DNA of 55,937 nucleotides, counting the filler, from Catajapyx aquilonaris (Eukaryota), in the NCBI GenBank assembly GCA_000934665.2. It is 2 parts of 2 records of this genome, joined end to end, with 100 filler letters (N's around TTAATTAATTAA, not from the genome) between each part and the next. Parts side by side here need not be neighbours in the genome. Positions count along the whole stretch, not along the records: positions 27,659 to 55,937 come from KZ539276.1; 1 more part is not named here. One strand, written 5' to 3'. The position numbers and the translations under genes were made by a program. Under the pieces are notes generated by a model that did not search any database, was not told where the DNA came from, and saw only the letters and a program-made list of their open reading frames with translations. Below, piece by piece: positions 48,833 through 55,937 of this stretch; the first letter of the stretch is position 1, and each line of letters starts with the position of its first letter.

Positions 48833-51800
48833 ACGATATGGCCTAATGCGAACATTGCATTGGCCATCATAACACCACACCCCCAAAATATTCAATCTTC
48901 CTAACACAAACAATCATCAGAAAAGCGTGGCCCTTTGCCAACGTCATCTACACCAGCCCCCGCATCCTAAGGATGACACCTTAATAAACTTCCATATACA
49001 CTGCATAAGAAAACAACAAAAAAGAAAACTTTGGGTGTGCCCATCACTTGTCCATTTAGGACCCATAAATGTTATCTAACCGCCTACATTTTTCTGGCAA
49101 GCACCGAAAACGACACCACAATTCTCGCTCCCAGGCAAATGGGCACTGCCTCTGCATTATTTTTCCGCATTGGCAAAAACTTCCGTAAACTTCAGAAAGC
49201 CGCTCCATTATCTCCATTGCTTCCCATTGGCACTTGTCTCGACCCGACTCAAAAACCGTCTCTTTCTTCCACATTCTTAGCCCCTCCCCTTCCTTACATT
49301 ATTTTTTTTTATCCTCCTTACTTTTTATTCCTTAGTTTTTTTTTTGTACCCTCCTTCTTCCAGAGCTCCGGAAGGAATCAAGTACTTAAAACATCGTGAC
49401 CCTGAAACTTGTGCAAACCGCAAAGAGCGGCAGTTTCTCAATTAAGTTTTCGTTTAATTACTTTGGTCATAAAGTAGAGGAAGAGAAAATTATTCATTTC
49501 GACAAGGGAAGAAATGCGAGGGAAGGGGGAATGAAGAAAAAAAAAAGTAAGGGGGGGCGACAAAACTTGGAAGAATAATTTTTAAAACGCCGTACGGTAC
49601 ATCACGAATCGGACTTTTTCTCCCCAACCCAAAATTAAGACCAAGTCATCATGCACAAAAAAAATTCCTTATTTGTGACTCGACTGCCGGATAAGAAAAA
49701 AAATTGATTAAAAACTCTCGCATTAATCGCCAGGATTAACGCATATTGTGCGCATTACACTTGACAAGCGCAAACTCATCTTATCTAATTAAATAGCCTC
49801 ATTACACACGCTCCAGTGTGCTCTTATTCGTCAGCTAAAAAAAATTCGGGGCCCTGATCTGTCTTAAACCTGGTCTGAAAATATGACTGAAATTTTGGTG
49901 TGGGGGGAAGTGCAGATCGTAAAACATTATATTACACCTCCCTGTAATTATTATTAAACAAGCTCTTAGATCATGCAAGCTCCCAAATATACCTAAGCCA
50001 ATTTTTTTCGACCCCCGAAAAAAGGAAATAGTCCATCCCAGGGAGATGAAGTGCCTTGAAATATTTCGCGCCTGGTTCAGGTGTAAAGTCATTACTTGTC
50101 ACTGTGAAGACGACCGCGTCTGGAAGCTGTACAATTAAGAAAATTACTTTTACGAGCACGACAAGTCATAATAAAACGCCCCAGTTTTGCTCTGCCATAT
50201 GGACATGCCGTGTAAAAACATATCCGGCTATATGGGTGATATCATACAAAAATGCATAAGTTTATTATAATAATGTGTGATTACACAACACGAACATTTA
50301 CACTAAAATCGTGCATATGCTCCAAGAAATTTTTAAACACATTGCACTATTTTGTCGTTTGTACGAAAAATAAGTCCGAACTTATTTTTCGTGTACAAAC
50401 GGAAAATTTTGCGCCGCCGACAAACAAAATTTCGTCGGGCCCCGAAATTCTGTATCGGGCAACAGGCTTGCTTTGTTTCTCTTCAGATTCGCTCGTAGAA
50501 GTTTCGGGCCTCGCGCGCGCGTTTACACGAAAACAAATCAACACAACACCCAAACAACCACATTTTCAACCCAAAATTTGAACACACTGATAGGACACAA
50601 CTCTGTACAAATGCTGTACAAATCTCGCACTTAAACCTCAATTTTTTTTGACATATATATACTACACAGTGCAGCAACACCATTATTAATGAGATTGACT
50701 AATTATTATTGTAGTATGCAGCATGTTACTTTATTTACATGTTTATTCCAATTATTTTAATTCCAATTTGGGCAATATTTGGCCACTATTTATTTAATTA
50801 CCAACCTATATGTTTTTGGCTGATATCCGCGGCATGTCGAATCCGGATATTCCAAAAAAGCCATCAATCGCAATTAGTAAACATCCCTCCATAAATACGG
50901 AATCCGGCTTGAACCCGCTTAAACCCCCCCACTACCTATATCCCCTCCCCAGCCCTCACTTCATTTTTAAAACAATCCACTACACAACCCCCTACCAACT
51001 CATAAACACGGCACAGTTCCGGGGGAATCGCCCCGGAAAACCTCCCGGAATCGCGCCGCCCGGGGGGAAAAGGGGACCCCCGGATCCGACTCTCAAACTT
51101 CCCGCCCTCACACGCGCCTTTTTCGCCCCCTAAATGTGCATGTGTGGAGCGTGTGAGGAATCTTATATGATTCGAAAGCCCTCCCCACACACACACTGTA
51201 GTACTGGACCACATGTGGAATCGCAATCGGACTAAAATCCCCCTGTAAAAATATGCTTGGCCTTGTAGACGCTTCATATTATATTTATCCCCGTATAAAA
51301 ATCCCAAATCAGAGCATAATTCCTACAGGGAATTTTCCCCCCCTCTAAAAAAAATTTTTACAAAAAAAAAGGGGTCACTGTAGATTCAAACAGAAACAGT
51401 CGGGATTAGAACTCTTTGGGTCCCCGTGGGTCTCTTCCCGACTTTTTCCTCCTAGCTTCAGGGGGCCCCTAGTCAGTTTTACAGTGTAATATCACCAGTA
51501 CATAGTTACACAACATTCTCCACATAATTCGATAAATCGGGCACCAGTGTGTTTTCGATGGTCCATATTATATCATATTTAAAAAATTTCAGACATTTCC
51601 CGCAGGTAGCCAAAATATGTTGATCAGGCAAGCTTCCGCGGGCGGTAAGTAAACAAGACGAAATTCATCTCCCGAGATTGCGGCCGCACAATTCCCGCCC
51701 CCGTGTTTAATTATTGCGCCGAAAAACACGGACCCTCCCAAAAAAAAATATTTCCTTGCAAGAAAAAAGCCTTGGTAACTGCATATGCTAAACGTGAATA

Positions 51801-52521
51801 AGTTACTAACAATCACAATGTAGCAGCCAACTTCTCATACCTATAAGAATGCACTTTTTCACAAAACAATCTTTCCAAAGTAAATATTCAAAAGAAAACA
51901 AAATGGGTTCCGGCAAATATTATTTTACGGCGCACTGCAGTAGTATCATATCATTATTGCCGACGCCGAAACTATAACGTTGCAAAGTCAACCAACGCTC
52001 AAAATTTGCAACAGAAATGTTCCCAGATGTTCCTTGAGAAATTCGGACATGCTCGGGTCCCCCCCAAAAAATGTGTCGCATTATAATAAAATAATATAAT
52101 ATTTTGCAGCCCGACGCAAAAACTATTTCTCGTATATATAAACACGCATTTCCATTATTCCCCTGGATCACACATTAGCAGAAAAGTCCTGTAACCGGGG
52201 ATCATCCTCGAAAATGCACTGCACTGCCCCAGTCTTATCCCGTAATTCTCTTAAAATGGGAGGTCCCCTAAAATTTACATTCGCCAAAAAAACTGCAAGC
52301 TTTGCACTTTAAAAAAACACACATACACTGACTTCCCCCCCGGTACACAAAAATATTGCGGAGCTACTTCCTCGTTTACTCAAAATGCCGGAAAACTTCC
52401 CCCAAGCGGCGGGAAACAAGAGCTTGGATTCATGTCCCACAGGATAATTTTAAGGACAACTAGGAGTAGCCCACCACCCCCTAAAAAACAGCCCCCCCCC
52501 CTCCCAAAAAAAGAGTACATA

Positions 52522-52670
52522 NNNNNNNNNNNNNNNNNNNNNNNNNNNNNNNNNNNNNNNNNNNNNNNNNNNNNNNNNNNNNNNNNNNNNNNNNNNNNNN
52601 NNNNNNNNNNNNNNNNNNNNNNNNNNNNNNNNNNNNNNNNNNNNNNNNNNNNNNNNNNNNNNNNNNNNNN
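52522..52670. other. Assembly gap
   Basis: 149 N. Smaller gaps at 41106-41117 and 47135-47143 lie inside poly-C/G runs. Confidence 0.99.
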
Positions 52671-55362
52671 GGGGACCCCCCCCCCCCCCCCCACACTTTG
52701 TATAAGGGTGCACCCCTAACATTTTGCTTCGGTATTTCCCGGAGCAACTTACGCAAGATGGTTGTACCCCTCTTTCGCATTGAGTCAATACGTTTAAATA
52801 TACATGGACCGTTTTAGCAAACAAGCTCTCTTCACTCACTTTTCCTCACGTTATTTACATGAAGAGTGCGCCATAACCCTTTTCCTTTGACTCAAGTCTT
52901 TTCCCCTACAATGTGTGCCAAGCTTGCTGTTTCTTCTAGTTTTCCCGAGATTAAGCAGAACTTCCAACTCCCCCTCCCCCCCCAAAAAAAAAATTTGAGG
53001 GTAAGAGACAGGAAGGGACTAACAACGTGCAATTTTACCCACACTGTGAAATTAGATGTAAATAGAAAAATTACAGCCCTTTTCCGCAACAAATCGGACA
53101 TTGCAATCGCGGCAATCACGCCGAAATTGAACACGAAAAACCTGTCCCCAGCCAATGGTTTTTGGAGCCGATGGTCAAAGTGCTTCCGATAAAGCAATTA
53201 TCTTACAGCCAAAAATTGGACAAAATTCGGGCGGCCTTTTGATGACCCGATACAAAAATTGGCGAACAAAGACTCATTTCATATATATTTTTTTTAAACC
53301 CCGTAATTTTCCCGACCTATTTTGTGTAAGTGCTAAACTGCGCTAAATGTGACCGGACCGCCCTCTCCAGTATTTTTTTCGCGCCCGAAACATTATCTCA
53401 ATTTGCAAATTTTGAAACTTGCGCGTAACATCCGGCCAAAATTTTTAAATCCGTAAATATTCAGCACCTTTTGCAATTTTATTAAGTTTAAAATCGCAGT
53501 AAATATTTCAACCCGGCAAAGGGGTGCTGAAATTCTGCAAATTGTAACAAATTTTAACCTGATATTGCCAACCACATCTTCTGCAAGTAATTAGCCAAAA
53601 TTTTGCGCACAATTATGCCAAAATCATATTATTCCTCTGCATATTACAAATGTGGAAAAATTGCCTTCGCATATGTAAATATTGCCAAATATTTAGCTCA
53701 ATTTTTTTGCAAAATCATAAATTATCCGTAACATTTAGCGCACAAATTTTGCAAAATCATAAATTATCCATAACATTCCGCTTCAAATTAAAAATCGCCA
53801 CTGACATATCTTCGGCATTGAAATATGCAACTTTTGCCAAATGTTTTGCGCAAAATTTTTGCAATATCGTCTTAATAAGTTCTCATTGCTCCATTCCACA
53901 TCACGGCCTGGTTCTCCGCCCGCATTTACACACAAACCCAAACAATTCGCAACAATATAACCCCAAAAATTACTCCGCAACAAGACACCCGTCCGCTTGT
54001 TAGTTTGGCCCACTTCTCTCTATAGCTCTCCCTCCCACTTTTTTTTTTTTTTTTTGCGTGCCCATCGCTAAAATGCGCTACATACAACTTGTTACACAAT
54101 CGCGGCCCGAGGGATACAATAGGCCCTTCGTACGGAAATCCAGGCCTCAAATGCTGATGTCCCCTCACCTCAATACTTCCCGATTCCTATCAATTGTGTT
54201 CGCAATACCTGATTCTTTTTGCCACCATTATCACGAGCTAATTCTCAGAACGGTTGTTTATTGTTATGCCTGCAAAAATTCCACGTTTTGTTAACCTATT
54301 CGCAAATTGGAGCATTTTTGAAAAGAAAAAAAACAATTTCATTGATATCGCTTTTTTCCCCCGAAATTCGGAGTCATTGCGGTTAACCCGTAGCAGGCAA
54401 GTGCGAATATGTCGGAGATACATTGTTTAAAAAAATGCTGACCAGTAAGAATTAATTTGCAGAATTTCGCGACTTGCCGTTTCCGGCGAGACATTCTACC
54501 CGGTTTGAAATAATTATGTAAGCATGATGTGCAAAAATCGCGTGTGGTTGCCAGATTACGCGGCGGGAAATCTCTTGGGTTGACAAACGATCTGCAATGA
54601 AACGCTGATAAATTATAATTGAGTACAAATTATCCAGACAATTGTTTTAGAATATTGGCCAAGATGTTGCCGCTATTTTTACATTACCGTGCGGAAATAG
54701 CTGCTGTTTTTAGTCACAAATTGGCATTTCCGATTTCTGGACAGCTCAAAAATGCTGCCAAAACAATTTACTGGCTATGGGTATTACTGCAATTATTATA
54801 ACAAAGCATACTTCGATTATTTCGTTGTAAAGGCCCGGTTTCAACACTGAATGTGCGCCGTCCGCTGAGATTTTATCAGTTGCTATTAGCAACAATTAGT
54901 ATCAAGGATAAATCCCTGTGCCCTCGTACTGCTTTCGTGAATTACTCCATCTTAACAATCTTACCTATTACAGATAATCGCCCTGAACATATTTACCTAC
55001 ATTATTCAACTCAAAAGGTATATGTTACTCACATAAAATGACGCAAGTACCGCAATATTGTCAGATTCCTTGGAATTTTCGTATTAAACACGATGCAGCT
55101 GCTGAATTTAATCTCTCAACAATATTATCTGCAGACAATATTACAATGACTACTGTCTAATTTCGCAACAATTCCATTTTCTCGGTTTTCATACGCATTG
55201 TTTTAGAAATAATTTTTTTAACAATGACGGAATCCTTGGGTACAAACACTATATTATCAAACGTGACACATGATATTCTGCTTCTTGCAATTTCACGCCA
55301 TTATCATGACCTTTTCCGCCTTCCATTCCCTTTACAGATTAAATACCCTCCAAATAATTTCG

Positions 55363-55569
55363 CAACAATGCCGACATTGCCATTTTCAGAATCGTCCCCA
55401 TACAATATTCAACCCCCTGGAAGCTGGCACACTTGCCATTTCTTTCGTGATATTTCATTCGATGATATTTTAGCCATTCCAAATACTTGTAATTTAATTT
55501 GACAACAATGCCGACATTGCCATTTTCAGAATCGTCCCCCATACAGTATTCAACCCCCTGAAAACTGGC
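55363..55569. repeat. Direct repeat of about 66 bp (55363-55428 and 55503-55569)
   Basis: CAACAATGCCGACATTGCCATTTTCAGAATCGTCCCC... present twice. Confidence 0.9.
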
Positions 55570-55937
55570 CCGAAATTTCGGACGCGCCCTATATGTCTAA
55601 AAAATTTACTACTACATTTTAAAAATCAAATTAAATTATATTTTCACCGAATTTAAATAATTTGCGCAATAAAATGTCAGTTCTTACATGAAAAAATTAT
55701 TTTATTCGCTCATTCGCCTATCCTAATGCCATCCACATAGTTTGACCCGCCCTCCACCCACCACCCCCTGAAAACGCCAACAATCCGTCCGACCTCCCGC
55801 TCCAAACCACGCCTGCACTAGTTTCGAACTTGCCTCCACCAAAACATCTATATATACAAAGCCTGCCCCCGAACCACGTGCATCGCACAACAACATATAG
55901 CAAGTTGGGAAAGGCCGCGCAAACTTCCCCACCCACC

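Noticed and set aside
27789..55936. Short ORFs right of the linker, including a search for Pdi exon 1
   Set aside because: No signal peptide plus VLVEF-type exon and no recognisable domain; many are driven by homopolymer runs. Small exons of another gene cannot be excluded by eye.

Overview
Eukaryotic genomic DNA (animal, probably arthropod) from a draft assembly; almost all of the supplied ORF track is noise. The only well-supported protein-coding gene is a classical protein disulfide-isomerase (PDIA1/P4HB type) on the minus strand at 21146-27024. Seven GT-AG exons join in frame to give two WCGHC sites and a C-terminal KDEL. The first coding exon is missing, probably cut off at an artificial N44-TTAATTAATTAA-N44 join (27559-27658). 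Two features inside this gene are the most interesting. (1) A hidden, tandemly duplicated exon (21572-21652) paralogous to the penultimate exon is a candidate mutually exclusive exon for the end of the a' domain; it has a 124-nt AG-free zone, duplicated distant branch-point motifs and possible intronic RNA pairings. (2) Two identical copies of a well-formed 144-nt box H/ACA snoRNA sit in two different introns, produced by a ~330-bp duplication that also copied a splice acceptor. The rest is intergenic or intronic sequence with MITE-like inverted repeats, palindromic repeat clusters, microsatellites, poly-G/C runs and gaps.
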